A DNA stretch of 64,000 bases, taken from the NCBI GenBank assembly GCA_964442255.1, contig CAYTYC010000003.1:1-64000 (forward strand), written 5' to 3'. Both the position numbers and the translations under genes were made by a program. The stretch is from an uncultured archaeon (lineage in GTDB: Archaea > Iainarchaeota > Iainarchaeia > Iainarchaeales > 1-14-0-10-31-34). Shown here piece by piece: positions 30,811-41,149 of the stretch (position 1 is the first letter of the stretch; the number at the start of each line of letters is the position of its first letter). The notes under the pieces are model-generated. The model was not told the origin of the DNA and searched no databases. It was given only the letters and a program-made list of their open reading frames with translations.

Positions 30811-33171
30811 ATGGGTGAAGGGTTTTTTGAGGAAATTGAAAGAAGGGCCCTGGTGGTGGACGGGGCAATGGGCTCCCTTCTCCAGAGGATTGGGGTTAAA
30901 AAAGGGGTTTGCGCCGAGCAGCTGAACCTTTCCTCCCCAAACATCGTTAAGTCAATCCATCTCCAGTACGTTGAGCAGGGCGCGGACATTGTGACAACCA
31001 ACACCTTCCGCGGGAACGGGCTCAGCCTCAGGGAATTCGGCCTGGAAAAGAGTGTTGGAAAAATAAACTCACGGGCGGTTGAAATCGCAAGGGAAGCCGC
31101 GGGGAAAGAAAGGTTTGTTTTCGGGGATGTGGGGCCGCTGGATGATTTCGTGGAGCCGTGGGGAAAAATAGGGTTTGAGGACGCGGTAAGCGCCTTCAGG
31201 GGGCAGATTAAGGCGCTGGGGAAGGCTGACGCAATACTGATTGAAACAATGGCTGACATTAAAATGGCGAAAGCCGCGGTTATCGGGGCAAAGGAGTCAA
31301 CGCAAAAGCCGGTTGTTTGCTCAATGGCTTTTGATGGGGAAAGGACTTCAACAGGGACTGATGCTGTCGGGGCTGCAACAATTTTGGGGGGGCTGGGGGC
31401 AGAGGTTTTGGGCCTGAACTGCGGATGCCCCCCAAAAGAGCTTATGCCTGCGGCAAAAAAGCTTTCGGAGTCAACAAACCTTCCTTTATGGGTTTGCCCT
31501 AATGCGGGGGTTCCGGAATACAGGGGAAACGGTTTTTTGAAGGAATACTACGCAAACGAATTCACTTACTTCAGCCAAAAATTCCTTAAGCTTGGGTTTA
31601 ATTTTATTGGAAGCTGCTGCGGCTCCACTCCACTTTACACCAGGACAATAAAGTCTGCCGTGGCGGGGCTTGTTCCGGTTAAAAGATCACACCCTATTTC
31701 TTTGAGGGCCAGCTCCCGGGCAAAAACCGTTTCCTTCACCAGGCCTGTTGCAATTGGGGAATGCATTAACCCTGCAAACAGGAAAAAACTGGCTTCAGAG
31801 ATAAGGGAAAAGAAAACGGATTTCATTAAGGGGCTTGCCATAAAACAGCAGGCAGCGGGGGCGGAAGTTTTGGATGTGTGCGTAAGCGCAGCCCAAACCG
31901 GGGGGCTTTCCCTGGCGGAAGCTGTGGAGGCCGTGGAAAAGGTTTCAAGCCTTCCGGTTTCACTGGATGAAGTGGATGCGGAAGAATTGGAGAAGGCACT
32001 GAGAAACTGCGCGGGAAGGCCCATAATTAATTCAGTTAACGGGTCCAGGGAAAGCATGGAAAAAATTTTGCCCCTTGCGAAAAAATACGGAGCCGCGGTG
32101 GTGGGTCTTACGCTGGATGAAAAAGGGATACCGGAGACAGCGGAGGGGCGGAAAAAAATAGCCGAAAAAATAATTGAAAGGGCGGAAAGGGAAGGAATAA
32201 GGAAAGATGACCTGCTGATTGACTGCATTGTTTCAACCGCGGCCGCAGAAAAAGGAAAGGCAAAGGTGACGCTTGAGGCCGTGGAAAAGGTCAAAGAAAT
32301 GGGGGCTAAAACAATTCTTGGAATAAGCAACATTTCACTCGGGCTTCCGGGAAGGAAAGAATTGAATGTAAGCTTTTTGTGCCAGGCTTTGGGGAAAGGG
32401 CTTGATGCCGCAATAATAAACCCGCTGGAGGAAAGCAATATCCAGGCTTTGCAGGGGTTTGAAGAATTTGAAACGCAGGATTTGGATGGCCTTGTCAAGC
32501 AGCTTACTTCAGTTGAAAAACGGGAGATTTCAAAAAGCCTTCCATTGGGGGAGCAACTCAAAGAGGCCGTTGTTTTCGGGCTGGAGGAAGGCATTCTTCC
32601 GATTGTGGAAAATGCACTGGAAAAGGAGGCCCCGCTTAAGGTCAACGGCTTCCTTGTGGAGGGAATGAAAGAAGTCGGGAAAAAGTTCGAAAAAAAGGAG
32701 TTTTTTCTCCCCAACGTTCTGCTTAGTGCGGGGACAATGAAAATCGCCTTCACCAAGGTAAAGGAAAAAATCGCGAAAGAAAGCGGCGAAAAGGGCTTCA
32801 CCATCGTTTTCGCGACAGTGAAGCATGATGTGCACGATCTGGGAAAAAACATTGTGATTGCGTTGCTGGAAAGCTTTGGATACTGGGTGGTTGACCTTGG
32901 AAAAAACGTGGACGAAAAAAGGATTGCCGGGGAGGCAAAAAGGCATTCAGCGGACTTGGTTTGCTTGTCTGCATTAATGACGACAACAATGGAGGAAATG
33001 CGGGAAGTGAAAAAGGAACTGGCGGAACAAGGGGTGAAGGCGCCGCTGATGGTCGGGGGCGCGGTTGTGAACAGTGAATTCGCGGAAGAAATAGGGGCAA
33101 TATACGGGAAAGACGCGCTGGAGGCGGTGAAAAAAGTAAAGGAATGCATTAACGCTGCGGGAGGAAAATAG
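30811..33171 (+). CDS. metH: cobalamin-dependent methionine synthase lacking the C-terminal reactivation domain
   Basis: DGAMGS, ETMAD, GLNCG, PNAG, GSCCG; pterin domain GECINP; B12 motif DVHDLGKNIV...SALMTT...GGA. Confidence 0.9.
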   Translation: MGEGFFEEIERRALVVDGAMGSLLQRIGVKKGVCAEQLNLSSPNIVKSIHLQYVEQGADIVTTNTFRGNGLSLREFGLEKSVGKINSRAVEIAREAAGKERFVFGDVGPLDDFVEPWGKIGFEDAVSAFRGQIKALGKADAILIETMADIKMAKAAVIGAKESTQKPVVCSMAFDGERTSTGTDAVGAATILGGLGAEVLGLNCGCPPKELMPAAKKLSESTNLPLWVCPNAGVPEYRGNGFLKEYYANEFTYFSQKFLKLGFNFIGSCCGSTPLYTRTIKSAVAGLVPVKRSHPISLRASSRAKTVSFTRPVAIGECINPANRKKLASEIREKKTDFIKGLAIKQQAAGAEVLDVCVSAAQTGGLSLAEAVEAVEKVSSLPVSLDEVDAEELEKALRNCAGRPIINSVNGSRESMEKILPLAKKYGAAVVGLTLDEKGIPETAEGRKKIAEKIIERAEREGIRKDDLLIDCIVSTAAAEKGKAKVTLEAVEKVKEMGAKTILGISNISLGLPGRKELNVSFLCQALGKGLDAAIINPLEESNIQALQGFEEFETQDLDGLVKQLTSVEKREISKSLPLGEQLKEAVVFGLEEGILPIVENALEKEAPLKVNGFLVEGMKEVGKKFEKKEFFLPNVLLSAGTMKIAFTKVKEKIAKESGEKGFTIVFATVKHDVHDLGKNIVIALLESFGYWVVDLGKNVDEKRIAGEAKRHSADLVCLSALMTTTMEEMREVKKELAEQGVKAPLMVGGAVVNSEFAEEIGAIYGKDALEAVKKVKECINAAGGK

Positions 33172-33172
33172 A

Positions 33173-34021
33173 ATGGTTCTTAGGGAAAAACTGGGAAAAG
33201 GAAAATTTGTTTTCACCTCGGAAATAGGGGTGCACAAGGGATCTGACTTAAGGGAAACAGTGGAGGAAGCCAAAAGGCTCTCTGAATTCTGCGACGCCGT
33301 GAATGTCCCGGACAATCCGAGGGCAGTGGGAAAGATTTCCCCAGGCGGCGTGTGCCATTTTCTGGAAAGCAAAGGAATAGAGACAATAATGCACCTCACC
33401 TGCAGGGACAGGAACTCCCTTGCCCTGCAGTCCGAGCTGCTTTCCGCGCACGCCCTCGGCGTAAGGAACGTGCTTGCCCTTACAGGGGATAAGGTGAAGG
33501 AAGGCGACAGCCCGTTTTCAAGGGAGGTTTTTGAACTGGATTCCCTGAAACTTGTGGAATTAATTGCCGGGCTGAATTCCGGAAAGGATTTCAACGGAAA
33601 CGGGCTGGAAGGAAACACCGAATTTTTCATTGGAAGCGGAATGAATGCCGTTGCTGCAGCCAAGGACATTCACTCCGCGGTAAAAAAAATAGTTTCAGGG
33701 GCAGACTTTTTCCAGACACAAATTTTTTACGGGGCGGAGGAGTTTTTTGCATTAACCGGGGAATTCAAGCCCTTCAATGCAAAAATTCTTGCAGGAATAA
33801 TGCCTTTAAAGTCCGCGAAAATGGCGAGGTTTTTGAATGAAAAGGTTCCCGGGGTGAACGTGCCGGAAGAAATAATCAAAAGGATGGGTTCCTCTGCAAA
33901 CCCTGAAAAAGAGGGGATTGAAATCGCAGGGGAATTGATTGAAGAGATTAAGAAAAACTGCGCAGGAATCCATTTGATGCCTTTGGGAAATTCTGAAGCG
34001 GCAAAGGAACTGGTTTTTTAG
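33173..34021 (+). CDS. metF: methylenetetrahydrofolate reductase
   Basis: HLTCRDRN, NVLALTGD, GADFFQTQ, GIMPL, GIHLM. Confidence 0.92.
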   Translation: MVLREKLGKGKFVFTSEIGVHKGSDLRETVEEAKRLSEFCDAVNVPDNPRAVGKISPGGVCHFLESKGIETIMHLTCRDRNSLALQSELLSAHALGVRNVLALTGDKVKEGDSPFSREVFELDSLKLVELIAGLNSGKDFNGNGLEGNTEFFIGSGMNAVAAAKDIHSAVKKIVSGADFFQTQIFYGAEEFFALTGEFKPFNAKILAGIMPLKSAKMARFLNEKVPGVNVPEEIIKRMGSSANPEKEGIEIAGELIEEIKKNCAGIHLMPLGNSEAAKELVF

Positions 34022-35172
34022 GGAAAGGATTTGCAGAATTCTTCAAAAAGATTCATTCCTTCCTCCAAATCCCGCATTGACGAGGCATAGCTTATCCTCA
34101 AGAAGCCTTCTGCCCCAAAAGCAGGGCCGGGAACAGCCAAAACCTTTTTCTCTTCCACGAGTTTCCTGCAGAATTCCGCCGAATCAACGCTTAAGGCGGA
34201 AATGTCGGGAAAAGCGTAGAAGGCCCCTTTTGGCTCGGCGCATTTTATTCCCGGAATTCCGTTAAGTTTTTTTACCACAAATTTTCTTCTCTTTGCGAAT
34301 TCTTTCACCATTTTTTTCACCGAATCCTGCGGGCCTGTTAGCGCCTCCAAAGCCGCAACCTGCGCAACCGCGCACGGGCAGGAAGTGGTTTGGCCCTGAA
34401 TATTGGAAAGCGCCTTTGCTATCTCCTGGCTTGCCCCAATATATCCCACCCGGTAGCCGGTCATTGCGTAAGTTTTTGAAACCGCGTTAACCGTGATTGT
34501 GAGTTCACGGGTTTCTTTTCCGAGGGACGCGATGCTGCAGTGCTCAAAACCGTCAAAAACCATTTTCTCGTAAACCTCATCTGAAATAATTAAATAATTT
34601 TTTTCCGCCGCGTCCTCCGCAATTTTCCCGAGCTCTTCCTTTGAATAAACCATTCCTGTCGGGTTGGAAGGGGAGTTAAGCAGCAGGGCCTTGGTTTTAT
34701 CAGAGGTTTTTGATGCAATTTCATTCGGGGAGGGCTTAATGCTTTCCCCGCGGACCAACACAGGCTTTGCGGAAACAAGCTTAACCATTTCCCCGTAACT
34801 CACCCAGTAAGGCACAGGAATTGCGACTTCTTCACCCGGATTGCACAATGCAGTGAGTGTGTTGAAAATTGAGTGCTTTGCGCCGTTGGAAACAACGATT
34901 TCTTCCGGCGCGTAATCCAAACCATTTTCTTTCCTGAATTTTTCCGAAACCGCTTTCCTTAACCCGGGCATTCCAGCGCAGGCTGTGTAACGGGAAAAAT
35001 TTTCTTTCACTGCGCGAATTGCGGCTTTTTTTATGTTTTCAGGAGTGTTAAAGTCTGGCTCTCCTGCTGAAAAGTTGTAGACCTTCTCGCCCCTTGCCTT
35101 AAGCTCTTTAGCCATCGCGTTTATCGAGAGGGTTGCGGAAGGCGCAATATTTCTGGCTTTATCTGAAAGCAT
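34018..35172 (-). CDS. PLP-dependent aspartate aminotransferase (class I)
   Basis: AGEPDF, NSPSNPTG, SDEVY, SKTYAMTGYRVG. Confidence 0.92.
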   Translation of the reverse strand: MLSDKARNIAPSATLSINAMAKELKARGEKVYNFSAGEPDFNTPENIKKAAIRAVKENFSRYTACAGMPGLRKAVSEKFRKENGLDYAPEEIVVSNGAKHSIFNTLTALCNPGEEVAIPVPYWVSYGEMVKLVSAKPVLVRGESIKPSPNEIASKTSDKTKALLLNSPSNPTGMVYSKEELGKIAEDAAEKNYLIISDEVYEKMVFDGFEHCSIASLGKETRELTITVNAVSKTYAMTGYRVGYIGASQEIAKALSNIQGQTTSCPCAVAQVAALEALTGPQDSVKKMVKEFAKRRKFVVKKLNGIPGIKCAEPKGAFYAFPDISALSVDSAEFCRKLVEEKKVLAVPGPAFGAEGFLRISYASSMRDLEEGMNLFEEFCKSFP

Positions 35173-35232
35173 AAAAAAATAGGAAAAAGAAAAGGGTTAA
35201 AATTGGTTGCCTTTCAGGGATAAAAGCCCGCA

Positions 35233-36264
35233 TCAGGGGAACATGACTATTTTTCCGCATTCCCCTGAGGCCATCAACTCAAAGCCTTTCTCGAACTCCT
35301 CAAGCTTTATTTTGTGGGTGATAATGGGGTCAACATTCACTTTTCCTGACTTCAGGAGCTCGGCTGTCTTCTCCCATGAACCCCAGATTTTTCTTCCGTT
35401 TATTCCGCGGATTGTGGCATACTTGAAAACCACGTCATTGGACACGTCTATTTTCACGGGCCCGGGAAAAACCCCTAAAATTGATGCCCTTCCGCCGTCC
35501 CTCAAAAGCCTTAAGCCCTGGGTTAAGGCTTTCGCTTTTCCGCTCATTTCCAGCAAAACATCAACGCCTTTTCCGCGGGTTTCACTTAAAATTGCCTTGC
35601 TTGTTGGTTTTTCCTTAAGGGGGTCAAAGACAAAGTCAGCGCCGGCCTTTTCCGCGAGTTTTTGCCTGTATTCAACCGGCTCTTTAACAAAAATTTTTGA
35701 TGCACCTTCAGCCCGGCATATTGCGATTGCAAAAAGGCCTATTGCCCCTGCCCCGGTTATAAGAACGTTTTTTCCTTTTATTTCCCCCGAAAAAACCGTG
35801 TGCACCGCGTTTCCAAACGGCTCCTGGATTGAGGCAATCTCCGGCGCAAGGCTTTTGTCGTTTTTCCACGCATTTTGCTTTGGTATAACAACATAATCCG
35901 CAAAGCCGCCGTCAATGTCCACGCCCAAAATCTTCCTTTTTTCGCAGATGTGCGCGTTTCCTGTCCTGCACTGAAAGCATTTCCCGCAGTAAATGTGGGT
36001 TTCCGCGGAAATGAAGTCCCCTATCTCAAGGTTTTCAACCTTTTCCCCTTTTTCCACAACGTCCCCGCACAATTCGTGGCCGAAAATCATGGGCGGCTTT
36101 ATCCTTGATTCCGCCCATTTATTCCACTGGAATATGTGGTCGTCTGTTCCGCAGATGGATGTGGCCTTGACTTTAACCAAAACATCGTTTGGCCCTGCCG
36201 CGGGTTTTTCAGCTTCGGAAAGTTCCGCCCCTGGGGCGGGCTTTTTTTTCATTAATGCCTTCAT
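35233..36264 (-). CDS. tdh: L-threonine 3-dehydrogenase
   Basis: SICGTD, GHE, ETHIYCGKCFQC, EPFGNAVHT, GINGR. Confidence 0.94.
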   Translation of the reverse strand: MKALMKKKPAPGAELSEAEKPAAGPNDVLVKVKATSICGTDDHIFQWNKWAESRIKPPMIFGHELCGDVVEKGEKVENLEIGDFISAETHIYCGKCFQCRTGNAHICEKRKILGVDIDGGFADYVVIPKQNAWKNDKSLAPEIASIQEPFGNAVHTVFSGEIKGKNVLITGAGAIGLFAIAICRAEGASKIFVKEPVEYRQKLAEKAGADFVFDPLKEKPTSKAILSETRGKGVDVLLEMSGKAKALTQGLRLLRDGGRASILGVFPGPVKIDVSNDVVFKYATIRGINGRKIWGSWEKTAELLKSGKVNVDPIITHKIKLEEFEKGFELMASGECGKIVMFP

Positions 36265-36366
36265 TTTAACCGCAAAAAAATGAGTGTGAAAACAAAAACC
36301 GCTTAAATTTTGGACTGACTTCTTTATTTAAACATTTTCCCCGCCAATGTTTTAAAAGGTGATGAG

Positions 36367-37548
36367 ATGGGAAAACTGGATTACATGGCTGGGGCTGTGC
36401 AGGAATTACGGGAAAAAGGGCTTGACTGGAGGCATTACACCCTTGAAACGGCTTCTGTGCCCCATTGCAGGGTGAACGGAAAGGATGTGCTGATGCTGTG
36501 CTCAAACAATTACTTGGGTTTGGCGAACAACCCTAAACTAAAGGAAGCCGCAATAAGGGCGGTCGAGAAATACGGTGCGGGCTCGGGGTCTGTGCCGGCG
36601 ATTGCGGGCTCAATGGACGTTCATCTGGAACTGGAAAAAAGGCTTGCGAAATTCAAGGGAACCGAATCCGCGCTTGCCACACAGACAGGCTTTGCGGCAA
36701 ACGCCGGGCTGATTCCACAGCTCGCGGTTAAAGGCGACCTGATTATTTCCGATGAATTGAACCACGGAAGCATTATTGACGGGGTACGGCTTTCAAAGGC
36801 GGAAAAGGCAATATACAAGCACCTGGATATGGGGGATTTGGAAAGGGTTCTAAAGGAGGCGTCCGGGAAAGGCTATGAAAAAATAATTATTGCAACCGAC
36901 GGTGTTTTCAGCATGGACGGGGACATGGCGCCGCTGAAGGAAATCCACGGGCTTGCGGAGGAATCCAACGCAATTACGTTTGTTGATGACGCGCACGGAG
37001 ACGGGGTGATGGGCGAAAGGGGAGAGGGAACAATCCACCACTTTGGGCTTCAGGGAAAAATTGATGCGGATATAGGGACTTTTTCAAAGGCTTTCGGGGT
37101 TTTTGGGGGATACGTTGCGGGAAGAAAGGCGCTGACGGACTTTGCTTTGAACAAGTCCCGCACCTGGCTGCTTTCAGCCTCGCATCCGCCAAGCATTCCT
37201 GCCGCATGCATTGCCTCAATTGACATTCTGGAAAACGAGCCGCAGCATTTGAAAAATTTGTGGGACAACACAAAGTACTTCAAGAAAAGCCTGAAGGATT
37301 TGGGCTTTGACACCGGAATCAGTGAAACCCCGATTACCCCCGTAATTGTGGGGGAAAGCACTATCGCACAAAAGCTGAGTGAAAGGCTGTTTGAGGACGG
37401 CGTTTTTGCTTTGCCGATTGTTTACCCGATGGTTGCAAAGGAAAAGGCCCGCATCCGCACAATGATGAACGCCGCTTTAAGCAAAGAGGATTTGGATTTC
37501 GCGGTTGGAAAATTCGAAAAGCTCGGAAAAGAGCTGAAAATCATTTAA
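36367..37548 (+). CDS. kbl: glycine C-acetyltransferase (2-amino-3-ketobutyrate CoA ligase)
   Basis: CSNNYLGL, DELNHGSIIDG, DGVFSMDG, DDAHG, GTFSKA; divergent from tdh. Confidence 0.9.
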   Translation: MGKLDYMAGAVQELREKGLDWRHYTLETASVPHCRVNGKDVLMLCSNNYLGLANNPKLKEAAIRAVEKYGAGSGSVPAIAGSMDVHLELEKRLAKFKGTESALATQTGFAANAGLIPQLAVKGDLIISDELNHGSIIDGVRLSKAEKAIYKHLDMGDLERVLKEASGKGYEKIIIATDGVFSMDGDMAPLKEIHGLAEESNAITFVDDAHGDGVMGERGEGTIHHFGLQGKIDADIGTFSKAFGVFGGYVAGRKALTDFALNKSRTWLLSASHPPSIPAACIASIDILENEPQHLKNLWDNTKYFKKSLKDLGFDTGISETPITPVIVGESTIAQKLSERLFEDGVFALPIVYPMVAKEKARIRTMMNAALSKEDLDFAVGKFEKLGKELKII

Positions 37549-37554
37549 TTTTTT

Positions 37555-38619
37555 TCAACCGGTTTTTCTTTTTTTTGCGTCATCATTTTCCACGGGTTTT
37601 TCTGCTTCCTTTGCCTTTTCTTTTTTAACGGGTTTTGCCCGGGGCTTGCGCTTCATAATTTTTGGAAGGAAAAGTGAAACCGCAACAAGGATTATTCCTG
37701 CGGCCAAAGCGATGAATGAGTAAAAGGAAACCAAGGAAAGCATTTCCGCAAGCATTCCCTCAAAAAAGGAAGCCATCGCATCCGCAAGCAAGAAAGAGGC
37801 GCCCGGGGAAATTTTTTCAGTTGCATTCATGAAAACCATCCCGGCTGCCTGGGAGGAAAGAAGTCCGGCAAGGCCTGCTGCAAGCGGCGCCAGGCCAAGC
37901 CAAAAAAAGGCCAAATTAAGGGGTGCCCTGTTAAGGAAAAAAAGGAGTGCGATTGAAGCAATCAAAAGAACGGAGAACAGTATTACCGCCTGATTAAGCA
38001 TTGAGACCGCCTGCCGGAGTTCAGAGAAAATTTCGGCCTCTGGACCAAGTTTTTCCCTCAAGTCAATTGAATCCGGAACCATTGAATCAATGTCAAACTG
38101 GGTTAAAAGCACTGAATAAAGCGAGTCTACAAACTGGTTTCTTTCCGTTTCATCACCAGGAACGCAGGTGAATGTGGATTCCATTGAAATGCCTGGAATC
38201 TCGCCTTCCTTGCATCTCGGCGCTTTCTCTGCTTCCTCTTCCAGGCAGGTTTTCAGCAGTCCGGGAACTTTTTCCTTTATTTGGATTAAGGAAACAGTGA
38301 GTTCAGGCTCTTCCTTTTCCCCTTTCACATAACCCAAAATATTGGATGCAAGCTCTTTTGCTTTGGCTTTGGCAAAATCCCGGGTAAAGAGCGAGGAAAA
38401 GATTTCCTCTTTCCTGTTTTCCGGCAATCCCGCAAAAGAAAGGCTTCCGCTCAATTCACCAAATAATTTCGAGCTTATGGCGGGGTCATCAGGAACTGCG
38501 GCGTATTTTTCCTCATCCAGAAAGACCGCGGGAAAGCTTGCGCCGTAAACAACAACAAGGAAAGAGATAATGAAAAGAATGACGACAAAAATTGAAAGGA
38601 TTTTTTTTCCTGCACGCAT
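37555..38619 (-). CDS. hypothetical membrane protein
   Basis: N-terminal TM, soluble loop, three C-terminal TMs. Confidence 0.7.
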   Translation of the reverse strand: MRAGKKILSIFVVILFIISFLVVVYGASFPAVFLDEEKYAAVPDDPAISSKLFGELSGSLSFAGLPENRKEEIFSSLFTRDFAKAKAKELASNILGYVKGEKEEPELTVSLIQIKEKVPGLLKTCLEEEAEKAPRCKEGEIPGISMESTFTCVPGDETERNQFVDSLYSVLLTQFDIDSMVPDSIDLREKLGPEAEIFSELRQAVSMLNQAVILFSVLLIASIALLFFLNRAPLNLAFFWLGLAPLAAGLAGLLSSQAAGMVFMNATEKISPGASFLLADAMASFFEGMLAEMLSLVSFYSFIALAAGIILVAVSLFLPKIMKRKPRAKPVKKEKAKEAEKPVENDDAKKRKTG

Positions 38620-38627
38620 ATTGAAAC

Positions 38628-39530
38628 CTATTTCTGCTTTGACAAGTATTCAAAGGCGGAGAGCGCTGCCTTGCATCCTTCTCCGGCCGCTACAATGGTC
38701 TGCTTAAAGGGAACGCCTGTGACATCGCCTGCGGCAAACAGCCCGGGAATGTTTGTCTCCATTTTTTCGTCCACGATTATTTCATTCCACTTGTTTTTTT
38801 TCACTCCCCCCGCAAAATCAACGGAAGGAAGCCAGCCGATTTCAACAAAAACCCCTTGCACGGCAAGGGAACGCTTTTTTCCGTCCTGCTCGAATTCAAT
38901 TCCCTCCACAAAATTTGAGCCCAGAATTTTGGTGGTTTTTGCGTTGGCGTAAAGCTCCACCTTCTTGTTCCCCAAAACCTTTTCCATGATTATTTTTTCC
39001 CCGCGTATTTCCGGGTTTATTGTCAGCAAAAAAATTTTTTCCGCATAGTTTGAGAGCTGAAGCGCGGAATCCAACGCGGAATCCCCTCCGCCCACCACTA
39101 CAACGGTTTTTCCCGCAAAAACGGGCGCATCGCAGGTTGCGCAATAGGTTACGCCCTTTTTTTCAAGCTCTTTTTCCCCGGGAACATTCAGCCTTCGCGG
39201 GTTTTTTCCGGAGGCAATTATAACCGCCCTGGAGGAGAATTCGCCCGGGGGGGAGGTTATCTTGAATTCCTGCCCTTTCTTTTTGATTGATGAAACCTTT
39301 TCCCCTTCCTTCAGCTCAACGCCGTATTCAAGCATGTGTTCCCTCATTTTCCGGGCAAGCCCTACTCCTGAAATGGACTTTATTCCCGGGTAGTTTTGGG
39401 TTTCTCCGCTTAAGGCTGCCTGCCCCCCAACGTCCCTGCTTAAAACCAGGGTTTTCAGCTTTCGCCTTCCCGAGTATATTCCAGCGGTTAACCCCGCGGG
39501 GCCTGCGCCAATTATTATAATGTCAAACAT
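38628..39530 (-). CDS. trxB: thioredoxin-disulfide reductase
   Basis: GAGPAG, CATCD, GGGDSA, AAGDVT. Confidence 0.93.
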   Translation of the reverse strand: MFDIIIIGAGPAGLTAGIYSGRRKLKTLVLSRDVGGQAALSGETQNYPGIKSISGVGLARKMREHMLEYGVELKEGEKVSSIKKKGQEFKITSPPGEFSSRAVIIASGKNPRRLNVPGEKELEKKGVTYCATCDAPVFAGKTVVVVGGGDSALDSALQLSNYAEKIFLLTINPEIRGEKIIMEKVLGNKKVELYANAKTTKILGSNFVEGIEFEQDGKKRSLAVQGVFVEIGWLPSVDFAGGVKKNKWNEIIVDEKMETNIPGLFAAGDVTGVPFKQTIVAAGEGCKAALSAFEYLSKQK

Positions 39531-39784
39531 TTGGAACCCTTCCCGCCATTAAACGACAATTTAAAGTCCTTCACTTGGAACCCTTNNNNNNNNNNNNNNN
39601 NNNNNNNNNNNNNNNNNNNNNNNNNNNNNNNNNNNNNNNNNNNNNNNNNNNNNNNNNNNNNNNNNNNNNNNNNNNNNNNNNNNNNCCCTTCCCGCCATTA
39701 AACGACAATTTAAAGTCCTTCACTTGGAACCCTTCCCGCCATTAAACGACAATTTAAAGTCCTTCACTTGGAACCCTTCCCGCC
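39531..39784 (-). repeat. 44-bp tandem repeat (at least 3 units, N gap 39586-39685) directly upstream of the trxB ATG
   Basis: unit TTGGAACCCTTCCCGCCATTAAACGACAATTTAAAGTCCTTCAC. Confidence 0.9.
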
Positions 39785-39785
39785 G

Positions 39786-40025
39786 TTATTTGGAGCCTTT
39801 GAGTGCTTCCATTATTTTTTCCTTGTCAAAGCCGACAATTATTGTCCCGTTCACGTCAATTACTGGAACCCCCATTTGCCCGCTTTTCTGGACCATTTCC
39901 TTTCCTGCTTCCTGGTCCTTTGCCACGTCAATGTCCTCAAATTCAACCTTATTTTCCTTGAGGAAATCCTTTGCCATATGGCAATACGGGCAGGCAGGAG
40001 TTGAATAAACCTTTACAGCCATCAT
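39786..40025 (-). CDS. glutaredoxin/NrdH-redoxin
   Basis: YSTPACPYC, SGQMGVPVI, VGFD. Confidence 0.93.
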   Translation of the reverse strand: MMAVKVYSTPACPYCHMAKDFLKENKVEFEDIDVAKDQEAGKEMVQKSGQMGVPVIDVNGTIIVGFDKEKIMEALKGSK

Positions 40026-40147
40026 TACACCTCCGTATGCAAGGATTAAAAGGGGTAAAAAATAAGAATTAAACCCTTTAAAATACGGTAAACTTTTTGG
40101 GCAGGGAAGCGGGTTTTTTAAAGGTAAAAGCCCAAAAGAATATAAGC

Positions 40148-41113
40148 ATGGACACTGAAAAAAGGCTGGAGCTGGCGAAAAAGAATGCGGCAGAGCTTGT
40201 GACAGAAGAAGAGGTAAGGGGAATTCTTGAGGAAAAACGGGTTCCTGTCACTTACTGCGGATACGAGCCCAGCGGAGAATTCCATTTGGGGCACATGGTA
40301 ACCGGAAACAAGCTCATTGACCTGGAGAAGGCCGGATTCAATGTAAAAGTGCTGCTAGCGGACTGGCATGCATGGCTTAACAGGAAAGGGGACTGGGAAT
40401 TCATTCACGGAACAGCAAAGGAATGGGAAAAGCAGTTCAAGGCATTCGGGCTGAAGGACGCGGAATATGTTTTGGGTTCAAGCTTCCAGAAAAAAGCGGA
40501 ATACATGGAGGATTTGCTTAAGCTTTCGCATTCCAGCACAATCAACAGGGCGTTGAGGTCAATGCAGGAGATTGCAAGGGAAATTGAAACCGCAAGGGTT
40601 TCCCAGATCCTTTACCCCCTGATGCAAATAACAGACATAAAGCATTTGAAAGTGGATTTGACTGAAGCGGGAATGGAGCAAAGAAAGATTCACATGCTTG
40701 GAAGGGAAATAATGCAGGAAATAGGGTGCAAAAAACCTTCCTTCGTGCACACTCCCCTGCTTTCTTCCTTAAGCGGAGGAAAAGGAAAAATGTCCTCCTC
40801 GCTGCCTGATTCGGTTGTCAGCTCAAAGGATTCCGAAAAGGAAGTGGAAAAAAAAGTCGGAAAAGCGTTTTGCCCGGAAAAGCGGGCTGAAGGAAATCCT
40901 GTTCTGGAGATAGCAAAACTCGTGGTTTTTCCCAAAACAAAGGAAATTGAGGTAAAAAGGGACAAAAAATTCGGGGGAAACATTTCCTTCCTTTCTTTTC
41001 CGGAACTGGAAAATGAATTCAGGAAAGGCTCGCTTCACCCAATGGATTTGAAGAAAGCCATCGCAGGGCATTTGAATGAAATCCTGCAGCCTTTAAGGAA
41101 GGCGCGCAGGTAA
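40148..41113 (+). CDS. tyrS: tyrosyl-tRNA synthetase (archaeal type)
   Basis: YCGYEPSG..HLGH, YPLMQ, KMSSS, LHPMDLK. Confidence 0.95.
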   Translation: MDTEKRLELAKKNAAELVTEEEVRGILEEKRVPVTYCGYEPSGEFHLGHMVTGNKLIDLEKAGFNVKVLLADWHAWLNRKGDWEFIHGTAKEWEKQFKAFGLKDAEYVLGSSFQKKAEYMEDLLKLSHSSTINRALRSMQEIAREIETARVSQILYPLMQITDIKHLKVDLTEAGMEQRKIHMLGREIMQEIGCKKPSFVHTPLLSSLSGGKGKMSSSLPDSVVSSKDSEKEVEKKVGKAFCPEKRAEGNPVLEIAKLVVFPKTKEIEVKRDKKFGGNISFLSFPELENEFRKGSLHPMDLKKAIAGHLNEILQPLRKARR

Positions 41114-41149
41114 GGCTATTTTAATCTTTCTGGAGTAAATGGTATTAAA

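Noticed and set aside
31635..33149. 504-aa minus-strand ORF
   Set aside because: Antisense shadow of metH with Ser/Phe-biased composition.
39531..39784. CRISPR array
   Set aside because: Units are head-to-tail with no unique spacers.
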